From Ramlibacter sp. (GTDB lineage Bacteria; Pseudomonadota; Gammaproteobacteria; Burkholderiales; Burkholderiaceae_C): a DNA stretch of 48,537 nucleotides. A program made the translations under genes and the position numbers. Under the pieces are notes generated by a model that was not told the DNA's origin, did not search any database, and saw only the letters and a program-made list of their open reading frames with translations. Position 1 is the first letter of the stretch. Each line of letters begins with the position of its first letter. Of the stretch, positions 29,689-39,832 are shown piece by piece. The stretch covers positions 1-48,537 of the forward strand of contig JBDSWB010000049.1 in NCBI GenBank assembly GCA_039926915.1, given 5' to 3'.

Positions 29689-30102
29689 TCAGGCAGCGAC
29701 CAGGTCCGCAGAAGCACCTTCGAAACTGCGGTGGAATCGCGGCGTTGCCAGAACCGGTTCGTCCTGGTCCTCCGCAGCGCGTCGTGCCAGACGGTCCCAG
29801 GCCGCGCGAATGGCCGGCAGCGCCTGGTCCGGGCCGAGCCGGGAACCCCCCTTGATCCGCACCCAGTTGGCGTAAAGCGACTTCTCGGCATCCTCGAAAG
29901 TGCCGCCGTACTGGGCATATCCGATATAGCCGACACAATAGGCCGCAGCGTAGTCTTCGTAATCGAGGTGGGGCTGGTAGTAGGCTTCGCGCCGGTGGGC
30001 ACGGGACCAGTGTTCGTCTTCCTCCCGGGCTTCGGCCCGGCTGAGCAAGGCCAGTGGCCCGTCGAGGTCGGCGTCGTCGAATTCCTGGGCTGCGCCTGGC
30101 AT
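29689..30102 (-). CDS. Hypothetical protein (Tyr/Trp-rich helical)
   Basis: GGAGAG RBS. Protein-like ED.HW...YY....YEDY..AY..GY...FE.AE..L...W....SRL....A..A.RAAW.R pattern. Confidence 0.7.
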   Translation of the reverse strand: MPGAAQEFDDADLDGPLALLSRAEAREEDEHWSRAHRREAYYQPHLDYEDYAAAYCVGYIGYAQYGGTFEDAEKSLYANWVRIKGGSRLGPDQALPAIRAAWDRLARRAAEDQDEPVLATPRFHRSFEGASADLVAA

Positions 30103-30273
30103 GGGGCTCTCCACGGGTTGGTTTGATGGCGTGGATGGTCGTGCCCCCGCATGCGATCGCGCGTAGGACTGGAACAGCGAAAGCCTGTCGGCGCGCATCC
30201 AGTGTTGCTGTCGCCTTCGTGGCTTTCGCGCAGGGCCGCCTGCGCCGATACTTCACTCAAACCGGAGAAACCC

Positions 30274-31047
30274 ATGGACATTCAAGGAAAGATCGCCATC
30301 GTCACCGGTGGCGCCAGCGGCATCGGCGCCGGGCTGGCCAGGCGCTTCGCCCAGGAAGGCGCACGTGGCCTCGTCGTGGCGGATGTCAACCTGGAGCGCG
30401 CACAGGGCGTGGCGAAGGACATCGGCTCCCTGGCCATCGCCGTGAAATGCGATGTGAGCCGAGAAGCCGATATCCAGGCGCTGGTAGCGACGGCGCGCGA
30501 AAAATTCGGCCAGGTGGACATCTTCATGTCCAACGCCGGCATCCTCGGCCGCATGGGAGGCATCGAGCTGGAAGATGCGCTGTGGGACAAGATGTGGCAG
30601 GTTCACGGCATGGCCCATGTCTGGGCCGCGCGCGCAGTGGTGCCCGAAATGATTGCGCGGGGCGAAGGTTACTTCGTGGTGACTGCGTCGGCCGCCGGCC
30701 TGCTCAACATCGTGGAAAGCGCGCCGTACGGCGTGACCAAGCATGCCGCGCTGGCCTTCGCGGAATGGTTGCGCATCGCCTATGGCAAGCGCGGCCTGCG
30801 GGTGTCATGCCTGTGTCCGCAATCCGTGCAGACGGACATGACGGCCGGCGGCACCGGCTCGGCGGGTGTGAACGGCGTGCTCACGGCGGAACAGGTGGCT
30901 GCCGACGTGGTGGCGACGATGCGCGACGAGAGTTTCCTGGTGTTGCCCCATCCGGAAGTCGCGAAGTACTTCCTCAACAAGGCGCAGGACTACGATCGCT
31001 GGCTCGGCGGCATGCAGAAGCTCTATGCGCTTCACACCACCCAGTAG
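30274..31047 (+). CDS. Short-chain dehydrogenase/reductase
   Basis: TGGASGIG, SNAG, YGVTK catalytic motif. GGAG RBS. Confidence 0.92.
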   Translation: MDIQGKIAIVTGGASGIGAGLARRFAQEGARGLVVADVNLERAQGVAKDIGSLAIAVKCDVSREADIQALVATAREKFGQVDIFMSNAGILGRMGGIELEDALWDKMWQVHGMAHVWAARAVVPEMIARGEGYFVVTASAAGLLNIVESAPYGVTKHAALAFAEWLRIAYGKRGLRVSCLCPQSVQTDMTAGGTGSAGVNGVLTAEQVAADVVATMRDESFLVLPHPEVAKYFLNKAQDYDRWLGGMQKLYALHTTQ

Positions 31048-31058
31048 CGGGGCAGGAC

Positions 31059-31196
31059 TTATTTCGCGAACAGCCCGAGGCAACCGATGACGATCAGGTA
31101 GATCGCCACGATGTAGTTCAGGAGGCGCGGCATGATCAGAATCAGCACGCCGGCGATCAACGCGGCGACCGGACCGATGTGGGGGACGAGGTTCAT
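31059..31196 (-). CDS. DUF3096 small membrane protein (45 aa)
   Basis: ALIAGVLILIMPRLLNYIVAIYLI is the family pattern. AGGAG RBS. Confidence 0.85.
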   Translation of the reverse strand: MNLVPHIGPVAALIAGVLILIMPRLLNYIVAIYLIVIGCLGLFAK

Positions 31197-31284
31197 TGGG
31201 ACTCCTGTGGATGAGCTCCGATTCTGGTTCGCGCCGCCACCGGCGAAAAGGCGGCAACGGCGCGAAACCCGGTAGGACAACCGC

Positions 31285-31947
31285 TCAGTTGCCCGGCTGC
31301 TTGGTCACCCGCAGGTATGGCTTGACGGTCTTCCAGCCACCGGGGAACAGCGACTTGGCCTCTTCGTCGGAGACGGAACCGGCGATGATCACGTCGTCGC
31401 CCTTCTTCCAGTTGACCGGCGTGGCCACCTTGTATTTGGCGGTCAGCTGCATCGAGTCGAGCACGCGCAGGATTTCGTCGAAGTTGCGGCCGGTGGTCAT
31501 CGGATAGGTGAGCATCAGCTTGATCTTCTTGTCCGGGCCGACGATGAAGACGGAGCGGACCGTGGCGTTGTTGGCCGCGGTGCGGCCATCGGCCGTGCCC
31601 GGCTCGTCGGCCGGCAGCATGTTGTAGAGCTTGGCCACCGCGAGATCGGTGTCCGCGATCATCGGGTAGTTGACCTTGGCGCCCTGCGTCTCCTCGATGT
31701 CGCTGGCCCATCGGCTGTGGTTGTCCACCGGGTCCACAGACAGGCCGATGAGCTTGGCATTGCGCTGGGTGAACTCCGGCTCGATCTTCGCCATGTAACC
31801 CAGCTCGGTGGTGCACACCGGCGTGAAGTCCTTGGGGTGCGAAAACAGGATCGCCCAGCTGTCGCCGATCCAGTCGTGAAAGTTGATCGAACCTTGCGTG
31901 GTCTGGGCGGTGAAATTGGGCGCGGTGTCGTTGATGCGCAGTGACAT
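31285..31947 (-). CDS. 1-Cys peroxiredoxin (Prx6/LsfA-like)
   Basis: FSHPKDFTPVCTTE, YPMTTGRNFDEILR, VATPVNW. Confidence 0.95.
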   Translation of the reverse strand: MSLRINDTAPNFTAQTTQGSINFHDWIGDSWAILFSHPKDFTPVCTTELGYMAKIEPEFTQRNAKLIGLSVDPVDNHSRWASDIEETQGAKVNYPMIADTDLAVAKLYNMLPADEPGTADGRTAANNATVRSVFIVGPDKKIKLMLTYPMTTGRNFDEILRVLDSMQLTAKYKVATPVNWKKGDDVIIAGSVSDEEAKSLFPGGWKTVKPYLRVTKQPGN

Positions 31948-32076
31948 GGCAACTCTCCCTATTATGTTTGCGGGGCGGTCATCATGCCAACCGTACGGGC
32001 CAGCTGTCAACCGCCTTACGCGCGCGCCACATTGCTATTGCGGACTTGCAGCTCCACGAGCGCGACGAAGGAGGCA

Positions 32077-32409
32077 TCAGTGTGATGAGATTGCCGTGCC
32101 TGCCTGGGAAGGCTGCGGCCCGTCGTAACCTTCGATGATGATCACGTCGGCCGTCGATACCTGCGCGCGCAGCTTGATCGCCGCCTGGTATTCGGGCGAA
32201 CGATAGCACTCGAGCGCGGCCTGGTAGCTGGGAAATTCGATCACCGCGTTACGCGTGCGGCTCGTTCCTTCGACGTTCTCAAAGGGCGCGCCCCGCACCA
32301 GGAAATGCGCGCCATGCTGGCCCAATGGCTTTGCGTTGGCAGCGATGTACGCTTTGTATTGCTCGGGGTCCGTGATGTCGACACGAACGATCCAATAGCC
32401 CTTGGGCAT
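32077..32409 (-). CDS. DUF1330 domain protein
   Basis: GYWI..VDITDPEQYKAY...FLVRG...EG...VIEFPSY..A..CY.SPEYQ. Confidence 0.88.
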   Translation of the reverse strand: MPKGYWIVRVDITDPEQYKAYIAANAKPLGQHGAHFLVRGAPFENVEGTSRTRNAVIEFPSYQAALECYRSPEYQAAIKLRAQVSTADVIIIEGYDGPQPSQAGTAISSH

Positions 32410-32525
32410 GGCGGTCTCCATTTGATGGTCGCTGGCATTCTAGAAGGGTAAGATATCGCGATTGGGATTGCCCAGGCGAACAACAAGGAGTTATCGAAAA
32501 ATGTTGCCCTGGACTCTGCGCGAAC

Positions 32526-32873
32526 ATGGCAAGCTGGTTTAAGAGGGACTTCAAGAACAGCATCGCCGGCCTGATTGTGGGTCGGGCGAAGCCGCCTTCG
32601 GAGTCGATTCTCGAGAATGGAATCGAGGACATCCGCGACTCGATGCTGGATGCCCTGGGCGAGGACAGCGTCAAGAACTTCCCGCAGGTGACTCGCCGCA
32701 TCCGCTATGCCACCGACATCAAGGATCTCTGGTACCTGCGCGGCGACCTGATGGCCGTGCTGGCGCAGCTGCATGGCGAAGCCATCGCCCGGGAAAAGAT
32801 CTCTTCGATCAACGCCCAGTTCCAGGGTCTGCTGCCGGGCGGCCTGAGTTCCCGCCCCAGCTCCCTCGGATAG
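32526..32873 (+). CDS. Hypothetical protein
   Basis: 115-aa ORF with host-like GC3 codon bias filling the gap between minus-strand genes. No family recognised. Confidence 0.75.
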   Translation: MASWFKRDFKNSIAGLIVGRAKPPSESILENGIEDIRDSMLDALGEDSVKNFPQVTRRIRYATDIKDLWYLRGDLMAVLAQLHGEAIAREKISSINAQFQGLLPGGLSSRPSSLG

Positions 32874-32892
32874 CGAGGGTTAACTGCCGGCC

Positions 32893-33192
32893 CTATGCGG
32901 GCGGCTTGGGCTCAACGTCCGTGACGTCGGCGAAGTCGCGCTGCGGCTGGACGGAATCGGCCCTCGGCGTCGGGCTGACCGGCCCGGATTGTTCATCCAT
33001 TCGCCGGAAGCCGCCGCGCGGATCGATCCGGACGATGAAGGGCGTAACCGGACGGCCGATGAGCGTCGCCCACCCGGCACGAACTCCCCACACGGCCAGC
33101 ATCAACACCGCCGCCACAGCCAGGCCGGCCGCGACGAGCAGGCCCGCCAGCAGCAGGAACAAGCGCAGGAGAAATGCCATGAAGGTGGGCAT
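32893..33192 (-). CDS. Hypothetical small membrane protein downstream of clpB
   Basis: Long N-terminal hydrophobic stretch. Starts 6 nt after the clpB stop. Confidence 0.7.
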   Translation of the reverse strand: MPTFMAFLLRLFLLLAGLLVAAGLAVAAVLMLAVWGVRAGWATLIGRPVTPFIVRIDPRGGFRRMDEQSGPVSPTPRADSVQPQRDFADVTDVEPKPPA

Positions 33193-33198
33193 TGTCCC

Positions 33199-35832
33199 CT
33201 ACGCGGTCGCCTCTTCCGGCACTGGCTTGGCATTCCCGAAATTGAACACGCCCGGCTCGCGCACCGGATCCACTTCCACCGGGATCACGCTCTTGGGCGG
33301 GAAGCGCCCTTCCAGGATCAGCTTGGAGAGCGGGTTCTCGATACGCTGCTGGATCGCACGCTTGAGCGGCCGCGCGCCGAACACCGGGTCGAAGCCCACT
33401 TTCGCCAGCTCCTCCAGCGCCGCCGGTGATACCTGCAGCGTGAGGTCCATCTTGGCCAGGCGCTGTTCGAGGATGCGCATCTGGATCGCCGCGATCTTCG
33501 CAATGTGCTGCGCGTCCAGGCCATGGAACACCACCGTCTCATCGATGCGGTTGAGGAACTCGGGCCGGAAATGGTTCTTCAGCTCATCCCAGACCGCATC
33601 CTTCACGTCCTCGTAGCTCTTGCCCGCCATGGCCTGGATCATGGGCGAGCCGATGTTGCTCGTCATCACGATCACCGTGTTCTTGAAGTCCACAGTGCGG
33701 CCCTGGCCGTCGGTCAGCCGCCCGTCGTCCAGCACCTGCAAGAGCACGTTGAAGACGTCGGGGTGGGCCTTCTCGATTTCGTCGAGCAGGATCACGCTGT
33801 AGGGCTTGCGGCGCACGGCTTCGGTCAGGTAGCCGCCCTCCTCGTAGCCCACATAGCCCGGCGGCGCGCCGATCAGGCGGGCCACCGAATGCTTTTCCAT
33901 GAACTCGCTCATGTCGATGCGGATCAGGTGGTCTTCGCTGTCGAACAGGAAGTTCGCCAGCGCCTTGCACAGCTCGGTCTTGCCCACGCCCGTGGGCCCG
34001 AGGAACAGGAACGAGCCGGTGGGCCGGTTCGGGTCCGACAGGCCCGAGCGCGAGCGCCGGATGGCGTTGGAAACCGCGCTGATGGCTTCGTCCTGGCCGA
34101 TCACGCGCTGATGCAACCCGTCTTCCATCAGCAGCAATTTTTCACGCTCACCTTGCATCAGCTTGGACACGGGAATGCCGGTCGATCGCGCCACGACTTC
34201 TGCGATCTCCTCCGCGCCGACCATGGTGCGCAGCAGCTGCGGCCGTCCGCCGTCCTTGGCGCTCTTGGCCTTGCCGGATTCGGTGGCCTGGGCTTCCTTG
34301 AGCCGCTTTTCCAGCTCGGGCAGGCGTCCGTATTGCAGCTCGGCAACCTTGTTGAAGTCGGCCTTGCGGGTAAATTCCTCGATCTCGCGGCGCAGCTTGT
34401 CGATCTCTTCCTTGACTTGCGCGCTGCCCTCGGCCTGGGCCTTCTCGGACTTCCAGATCTCTTCCAGGTCCGCGATGTCCTTCTTCAGCCTGAAGATCTC
34501 TTCCTCGATCAGGCCCAGGCGCTTTTTCGACGCCTCGTCTTTCTCGCGCTTGATGGCCTCCCGCTCGATCTGCAGCTGGATCATCCGGCGGTCCAGCCGA
34601 TCGATGGCTTCGGGCTTGGAATCGAGTTCGATCTTGATCTTCGCGGCAGCCTCGTCGATCAGGTCGATGGCCTTGTCGGGAAGGAATCGGTCGGTGATGT
34701 AGCGATGGCTGAGCTCCGCCGCGGCCACGATGGCCGGGTCGGTGATCTCGACGCCGTGGTGCACTTCGTACTTTTCCTGCAAGCCGCGCAGGATGGCGAT
34801 GGTGGCTTCCACCGTCGGTTCGCCCACCAGGATCTTCTGGAAGCGGCGCTCCAGTGCGGCGTCCTTCTCGATGTACTTGCGGTATTCGTCAAGCGTGGTG
34901 GCGCCCACGCAATGCAGCTCGCCGCGAGCCAGTGCCGGCTTGAGCATGTTGCCGGCGTCCATCGCGCCTTCGGCCTTGCCGGCACCGACCATGGTATGCA
35001 GTTCGTCGATGAAAACGATGGTCTGGCCCTCGTCCTTGGCCAGTTCGTTCAACACGTTTTTCAGGCGCTCCTCGAACTCGCCGCGGTACTTGGCGCCGGC
35101 CAGCAGCGCCGCCATGTCAAGCGACAGCACGCGCTTGTTCTTCAGCGATTCCGGCACTTCGCCCGCGATGATGCGCTGGGCCAGGCCTTCGACGATGGCG
35201 GTCTTGCCGACGCCGGGCTCGCCGATCAGCACGGGGTTGTTCTTGGTGCGGCGCTGCAGGACCTGGATGGCGCGGCGGATTTCCTCGTCGCGGCCGATCA
35301 CCGGGTCCAGCTTGCCCTGGCGGGCGCGCTCGGTCAGGTCCATGCAGTATTTCTTGAGCGCCTCGCGCTGGCCTTCGGCCTCTGCGGTGTTCACATTCTG
35401 GCCGCCGCGCACGGTATCGACTGCCGACTCGAACGACTTGCGCGTGAGTCCGTTCTCGCGGGCAATGCGCCCGATGTCCTGCTTTGTATCCGCGACGGCC
35501 AGCAGGAACAGTTCGCTGGCGATGAACTGGTCGCCGCGCTTGATGGACTCCTTCTCGGCGGCTTGCATCAGGCCCACCAGGTCCCGGCCGATCTGGACCT
35601 GCTCCTGGCCTTCGACCTTGGGCCGCTTGTGCATGGCGGCTTCGGCGGAGGCCTGCAGGCCGGGGATGTTCACCCCGGCGCGCTGCAGCAGCGGACGCGG
35701 GCCGTCTTCCTGGCGCAACATGGCCACCAGCAAGTGTTCCGGTTCGATGTAGGCGTGGTCGTTGCCCAGTGCGAGCGTCTGGGCCTCGCCCAGTGCTTCC
35801 TGGAATTTGGTCGTGATTTTGTCTAGTCGCAT
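33199..35832 (-). CDS. clpB: ATP-dependent chaperone ClpB
   Basis: Two AAA modules (GEPGVGKT; GPTGVGKT), middle coiled-coil domain, [32 protein letters not shown]. Confidence 0.98.
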   Translation of the reverse strand: MRLDKITTKFQEALGEAQTLALGNDHAYIEPEHLLVAMLRQEDGPRPLLQRAGVNIPGLQASAEAAMHKRPKVEGQEQVQIGRDLVGLMQAAEKESIKRGDQFIASELFLLAVADTKQDIGRIARENGLTRKSFESAVDTVRGGQNVNTAEAEGQREALKKYCMDLTERARQGKLDPVIGRDEEIRRAIQVLQRRTKNNPVLIGEPGVGKTAIVEGLAQRIIAGEVPESLKNKRVLSLDMAALLAGAKYRGEFEERLKNVLNELAKDEGQTIVFIDELHTMVGAGKAEGAMDAGNMLKPALARGELHCVGATTLDEYRKYIEKDAALERRFQKILVGEPTVEATIAILRGLQEKYEVHHGVEITDPAIVAAAELSHRYITDRFLPDKAIDLIDEAAAKIKIELDSKPEAIDRLDRRMIQLQIEREAIKREKDEASKKRLGLIEEEIFRLKKDIADLEEIWKSEKAQAEGSAQVKEEIDKLRREIEEFTRKADFNKVAELQYGRLPELEKRLKEAQATESGKAKSAKDGGRPQLLRTMVGAEEIAEVVARSTGIPVSKLMQGEREKLLLMEDGLHQRVIGQDEAISAVSNAIRRSRSGLSDPNRPTGSFLFLGPTGVGKTELCKALANFLFDSEDHLIRIDMSEFMEKHSVARLIGAPPGYVGYEEGGYLTEAVRRKPYSVILLDEIEKAHPDVFNVLLQVLDDGRLTDGQGRTVDFKNTVIVMTSNIGSPMIQAMAGKSYEDVKDAVWDELKNHFRPEFLNRIDETVVFHGLDAQHIAKIAAIQMRILEQRLAKMDLTLQVSPAALEELAKVGFDPVFGARPLKRAIQQRIENPLSKLILEGRFPPKSVIPVEVDPVREPGVFNFGNAKPVPEEATA

Positions 35833-35855
35833 GGGTTGGCTCCGGTCTTCCATCC

Positions 35856-35883
35856 AGCTTAGGCTTGTCCACAGCTTTTCAAG
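35856..35883 (-). promoter_or_regulatory. Possible sigma32 (RpoH) promoter of clpB
   Basis: Minus strand CTTGAAA-N13-CCTAAGCT. The -35 matches consensus; the -10 is only a weak match to CCCCATNT. Confidence 0.4.
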
Positions 35884-35932
35884 GGCCAATCTATACCCCT
35901 GGCGGCCCGTCGCGCATGACTAGAATCAATCC

Positions 35933-36508
35933 ATGAAGATTCACCAGCTGTCCGTGACCTACCAGGCAGAGCAGGATCGCATCCTGCTGCGGGTGAACAC
36001 GGCAGCGGCGCAAGAGATGAGGCTGTGGCTCACGCGCAGGCTGATGCTGGGCCTTTGGCCGCTGCTGAGCAAGCTGTTGACCCGGCACCTGCTGAAGCTG
36101 GAAGCGGCGGGCACGTCGCTGGAAACTGCCGACGAGGACCTCAAGAAGATGCTGGCCGATTTCCGCAAGGACGAATTCCTGCGCCACGCCGACTTCGACA
36201 CCCCGTACCAGGAAAATCAGGCCCAGTTGCCGTTGGGTGAGGAGCCCCTGCTGGTGACCGACGTCGACGCGTCCCCGCTGCCCAACGGCCGGCTGCGCCT
36301 GGGGTTCAACGAACCGGCCACCGGCGCCGGGAAGCCGCGCAGTTTCAAGATGGAAATGGAGCCCAAGCTGATGCAGGGCCTGATGCACCTGCTGGAGCAG
36401 GCGCTGGCCCGGTCGCAATGGCGCGAGCCCTTCGGCACATCGTCCACCGAAGAGGCCACCTCGGCGGACGAAGAATCGTCGCAGCGCAAGCCCCGGTACC
36501 TCAACTGA
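35933..36508 (+). CDS. Conserved-looking hypothetical protein divergent from clpB
   Basis: 191-aa ORF with host codon bias. Y..EQDRILLR and WLTRRL motifs, C-terminal YLN. Confidence 0.8.
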   Translation: MKIHQLSVTYQAEQDRILLRVNTAAAQEMRLWLTRRLMLGLWPLLSKLLTRHLLKLEAAGTSLETADEDLKKMLADFRKDEFLRHADFDTPYQENQAQLPLGEEPLLVTDVDASPLPNGRLRLGFNEPATGAGKPRSFKMEMEPKLMQGLMHLLEQALARSQWREPFGTSSTEEATSADEESSQRKPRYLN

Positions 36509-37754
36509 CGGGCGGGTCCGGCTCGGGCATGCCTTTTCGGTCCAGTGCGAACCCGGCGACGCGCTTGTAGTCGTCGGACATGCGGCGCAGTTCGTCCTGG
36601 CTGATCAGGTCATCGATGTGCCGGAACGGCCTGTCGCCGCTCAGCTCGTCGACGCGGATGTTGATGAAGTCCGGCGGCACGGTACGATTTGCTTCCACGA
36701 TTCTCGACGTCACCGGCAGGCGCAAGCTTTCGTAAGCCGCCAGCGCTTCGCGCCCATCGCCGCCGGTGGCAATCAGGTGGGCCAGGGCCCTGGCATCCAG
36801 GATGGCCTGCGCCGAGCCATTGGAACCGCGCGGGTACATCGGGTGGGCAGCGTCGCCCAGCAGAGTCACACACCCGTGGGTCCAGCGCGGCACCGGGTCC
36901 CGGTCGACCATCGGGTATTCGAAGATGTGCTCGGCGCCCTGGATCAACGCCGGAACGTCGAGCCAGTCGAACCGCCAGTCCTGGAAGATGTCCAGGAAGT
37001 CTTCGAGCCGTCCCGGCTGGTTCCAGTCGTTCATGGGCGCGCCCGAGCGACGGATTTCGGCGACCCAGTTCACCAGTTGCCTGCCCTTGCCGTCGACGTT
37101 GTCGGCGATCGGGTAGATCACCATCTTTCCGGTTTCGATGGAGCCGACACGCAAGTAGCTTTTGCCACTGAGGATGGGCGCATGGACCGTCACGCCTCGC
37201 CAGGTGTTGATGCCGCCGAAAGCCAGTTCTTCGTTGGGATAAAACTGGCGGCGCACGGCGGAATTGACGCCATCGCAGGCCACCACGAGATCGACAGCCA
37301 CAGTCACCAGCGAAGCACCTTCGCCGCTCCGGAACTGGATCGTCGCGCCCCTTTCGTCCTGGTCGACCCGCACGCATCGGTGGTCCAGGTGCACGTGCGC
37401 ATCGCCCAGGCGCGCCCGCGCGGCTTCGAGCAGCACGTGATGGAGCTTCCCGCGATGCAGTCCCACTTCCGGCCATTGGTAGCCGGCATGGCGCCCGCGA
37501 GGTTCGCGGTAAATGAACTGGCCGAAACGGTTGAAGAAAACGCTCTCCAGGTTTTCGATCCCGGCGGCTTCCAGCTGGGGCTGCAGGCCGAGCTCCGCCA
37601 ATTCGCGCATCGCGTGCGGCAGGAGGGTGATGCCGACACCGATCTCGCGAACTTCGGGCACGCTTTCGTAGACGTCGCAGGAGACGCCGGCGCGGTGCAG
37701 GAACAGCGCGAGGGACAGGCCCCCGATGCCGCCGCCGACGATCGCGATCTTCAT
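36501..37754 (-). CDS. FAD-dependent monooxygenase (class A flavoprotein hydroxylase)
   Basis: IAIVGGGIGGL, ACDGVNSAVR (DG motif), LLGDAAHPMYP.GSNG (GD motif). Confidence 0.92.
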   Translation of the reverse strand: MKIAIVGGGIGGLSLALFLHRAGVSCDVYESVPEVREIGVGITLLPHAMRELAELGLQPQLEAAGIENLESVFFNRFGQFIYREPRGRHAGYQWPEVGLHRGKLHHVLLEAARARLGDAHVHLDHRCVRVDQDERGATIQFRSGEGASLVTVAVDLVVACDGVNSAVRRQFYPNEELAFGGINTWRGVTVHAPILSGKSYLRVGSIETGKMVIYPIADNVDGKGRQLVNWVAEIRRSGAPMNDWNQPGRLEDFLDIFQDWRFDWLDVPALIQGAEHIFEYPMVDRDPVPRWTHGCVTLLGDAAHPMYPRGSNGSAQAILDARALAHLIATGGDGREALAAYESLRLPVTSRIVEANRTVPPDFINIRVDELSGDRPFRHIDDLISQDELRRMSDDYKRVAGFALDRKGMPEPDPPVS

Positions 37755-37776
37755 GGTGTGGCCCCTTGTCGACGCT

Positions 37777-38763
37777 TCATTCGGCCGTGATGCCCTGGGA
37801 CTTGATCAGTTGCGCCCACCGCTCGGCATCCTGTTCGACCAGCCGGCGGAATTGCTCGGGGCTGCTGGTGGCCGGTTCCATGCCCTGCGTTTCGAAAGCA
37901 GTTCGAACTTCCGGCAGGGCCAGGATGTCCCTCAGCTCGCGGTTCAGTCGCGAAACCTCGTCCACCGGCGTGCCGGGCGGCGCGAAGATCCCGTACCACA
38001 TGTCCACGTTCACGTTGCCCGCGCGTGCCTCGGCCAGCGTGGGGACCTGCGGCAGCAAGGGATGGCGGCGCTCGCTGCCGATGCCCAGTGCGACCAGCTT
38101 GCCCGCCTTGACGTGCGGCAAGGCCACGTGGATCGGCAGGAACATGACATCGACCTGGCCTCCGAGAAGGTCGGTCACCGCGGGTGCTGTGCCGCGGTAG
38201 GGAATGTGCGTGAGGAAGACCCCCGCCGTCGCCTTGAAGAGCTCCATCGACAGGTGATGCGGGGTGCCCACGCCCGGACTGGCGTAGTTGATCGCGCCCG
38301 GACGCCGCTTGGCCGCGGCGACAAGGTCGCCGGCAGTCTTGTAAGGCGCCTGCGGATTGGCCACCAGCAGCAGTTGCCCCCAGCTGGTCAGCGAGACCGG
38401 GACCAGGTCCTTCACCGGGTCGAATGGCAACTTGGGGTAGAGGCTGCGATTCATGACCAGCGTGTTGACGCTGACCAGCAGCGTCGTGCCGTTGGGCGCC
38501 GCACGCACCACCGCTTCGGTCCCGATGTTGCCGGAGGCGCCCGCACGGTTGTCCACTACGACGCTTCGGCCCAGACGCTCACCGAGCCGGGGGCCCACAG
38601 TGCGGGCGATCAGGTCGATACCGGTGCCGGGCGTGAACGGCACGATCAACCGCAGCGGCGCCTGGGCTGCCGGGGCGGCAGGCTGGGCCGCGGCGGCGAG
38701 CGGGGCCACAGCGGCAAGGACAGCCAGCGCCAGGGCGCCGGCGCGACGCTTCACGTTGATCAT
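37777..38763 (-). CDS. Bug/TctC substrate-binding protein
   Basis: LIVPFTPG, NRAGASGNIG, YASPGVG, HIPYRGTAPA. Confidence 0.92.
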   Translation of the reverse strand: MINVKRRAGALALAVLAAVAPLAAAAQPAAPAAQAPLRLIVPFTPGTGIDLIARTVGPRLGERLGRSVVVDNRAGASGNIGTEAVVRAAPNGTTLLVSVNTLVMNRSLYPKLPFDPVKDLVPVSLTSWGQLLLVANPQAPYKTAGDLVAAAKRRPGAINYASPGVGTPHHLSMELFKATAGVFLTHIPYRGTAPAVTDLLGGQVDVMFLPIHVALPHVKAGKLVALGIGSERRHPLLPQVPTLAEARAGNVNVDMWYGIFAPPGTPVDEVSRLNRELRDILALPEVRTAFETQGMEPATSSPEQFRRLVEQDAERWAQLIKSQGITAE

Positions 38764-38859
38764 GGTGAGGGCGTCCCAAAAAGTTTGTATGCTAACCATT
38801 GTGACCGGCTGCCGCCGAGGCACAATCCACGCATTCCCCTAAAAAAACGGTTATCGCCC

Positions 38860-39336
38860 GTGCCTTTGAACGCTTTGTCCCGCCTCTACGCCCGTCCGGG
38901 CTTCCTGCTGAGGCGCGCGCACCAGATTTCTGCCGCCGTGTTCGAGGATGAATGCCGCGAGACGTCGCTCACCCCCGCGCAATTCGGAGTGCTCACTGTG
39001 TTGAATGCGCACCCCGGCCTGGGCCAGTCGAGCCTGGCGCGGGCGCTCGGGTTCGACAAGGTGACTGTGCTGCGGGTGCTGCGCGGGCTGGAAACGCGGG
39101 GCATGGTGACCCGGGCCCCGGCCGTGGACAACAAGCGCAACGTCTCGGTGGCCCTGACCGCGCTAGGGCAGACTGTTCTCGCGCAGGCGCAGAAGCCTGC
39201 GGAAAAGGCCTACAAGCGGCTGCTGGCTCCGCTGGACAAGGCGCAGCAGGCCCAATTGGTGGAACTGTTGCAGCGGCTCACAGCCGAGCTTGAGGACGAC
39301 GCCCGCGCCGCTTTCGTGCCGCCCGGGCGGGACTGA
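38860..39336 (+). CDS. MarR family transcriptional regulator
   Basis: PGFLLRRAHQ, LTPAQFGVL, FDKVT, D.R wing. GTG start inferred. Confidence 0.9.
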   Translation: MPLNALSRLYARPGFLLRRAHQISAAVFEDECRETSLTPAQFGVLTVLNAHPGLGQSSLARALGFDKVTVLRVLRGLETRGMVTRAPAVDNKRNVSVALTALGQTVLAQAQKPAEKAYKRLLAPLDKAQQAQLVELLQRLTAELEDDARAAFVPPGRD

Positions 39337-39345
39337 ATTGCCGGC

Positions 39346-39828
39346 CTAGGTGTTGGGCTGGTCGATGCCCCAGCGCGCCAACGCGGCATCGTCAGTCACC
39401 CGCGCATCGACCCAGTGGGCCCCTTCAGGCGTCTGCTCTTTCTTCCAGAACGGTGCCTGGGTCTTCAGGTAGTCCGTCAGGAACTCACAGGCCTTGAAAC
39501 TCTCGCCGCGATGGGCCGAGGTGACGGCCACCATCACGATCTGGTCCAGGGGCTGCAGCAGGCCCACGCGATGGACCACCCGGGCGGCGAAAATGTCGAA
39601 CCGGCGCTGGGCTTCGTCGATCATGGCCTCGACGGCCTTCTCTGTCATGCCGGGGTAGTGCTCGAGCTCCATGCTCAGCACCGGCGGGCCGTTGTGGCCC
39701 TCGTCGCCGCCTCGAACCGTGCCTACGAAGCTGCACACCGCCCCGACCCGCTTGTCGCGCTGGCGCAGCAGGGCGATCTCGTCGGCCAGATTGAAGTCCG
39801 CGGCCTGGATCGAGACGCGTGGAATCAT
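39346..39828 (-). CDS. moaE: Molybdopterin synthase catalytic subunit
   Basis: GAVCSFVGTVR, LEHYPGMT, HRVG, AHR, LKTQAPFWKKE. Confidence 0.95.
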   Translation of the reverse strand: MIPRVSIQAADFNLADEIALLRQRDKRVGAVCSFVGTVRGGDEGHNGPPVLSMELEHYPGMTEKAVEAMIDEAQRRFDIFAARVVHRVGLLQPLDQIVMVAVTSAHRGESFKACEFLTDYLKTQAPFWKKEQTPEGAHWVDARVTDDAALARWGIDQPNT

Positions 39829-39832
39829 GGAA

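Noticed and set aside
33505-35826. 773-aa plus-strand ORF antisense to clpB, and many similar long antisense ORFs (e.g. 18096-19949, 43557-44786, 20863-22002)
   Set aside because: These are shadow ORFs expected from high GC3 bias opposite well-supported genes. They show no recognisable motifs.
35865-35873. DnaA-box-like TTGTCCACA upstream of clpB
   Set aside because: It is a single one-mismatch 9-mer with no cluster or origin context, so it may be chance.
37726-39336. 536-aa ORF appearing as an extended MarR protein
   Set aside because: The N-terminal part is antisense to the Bug gene. Only 38860-39336 looks like MarR.
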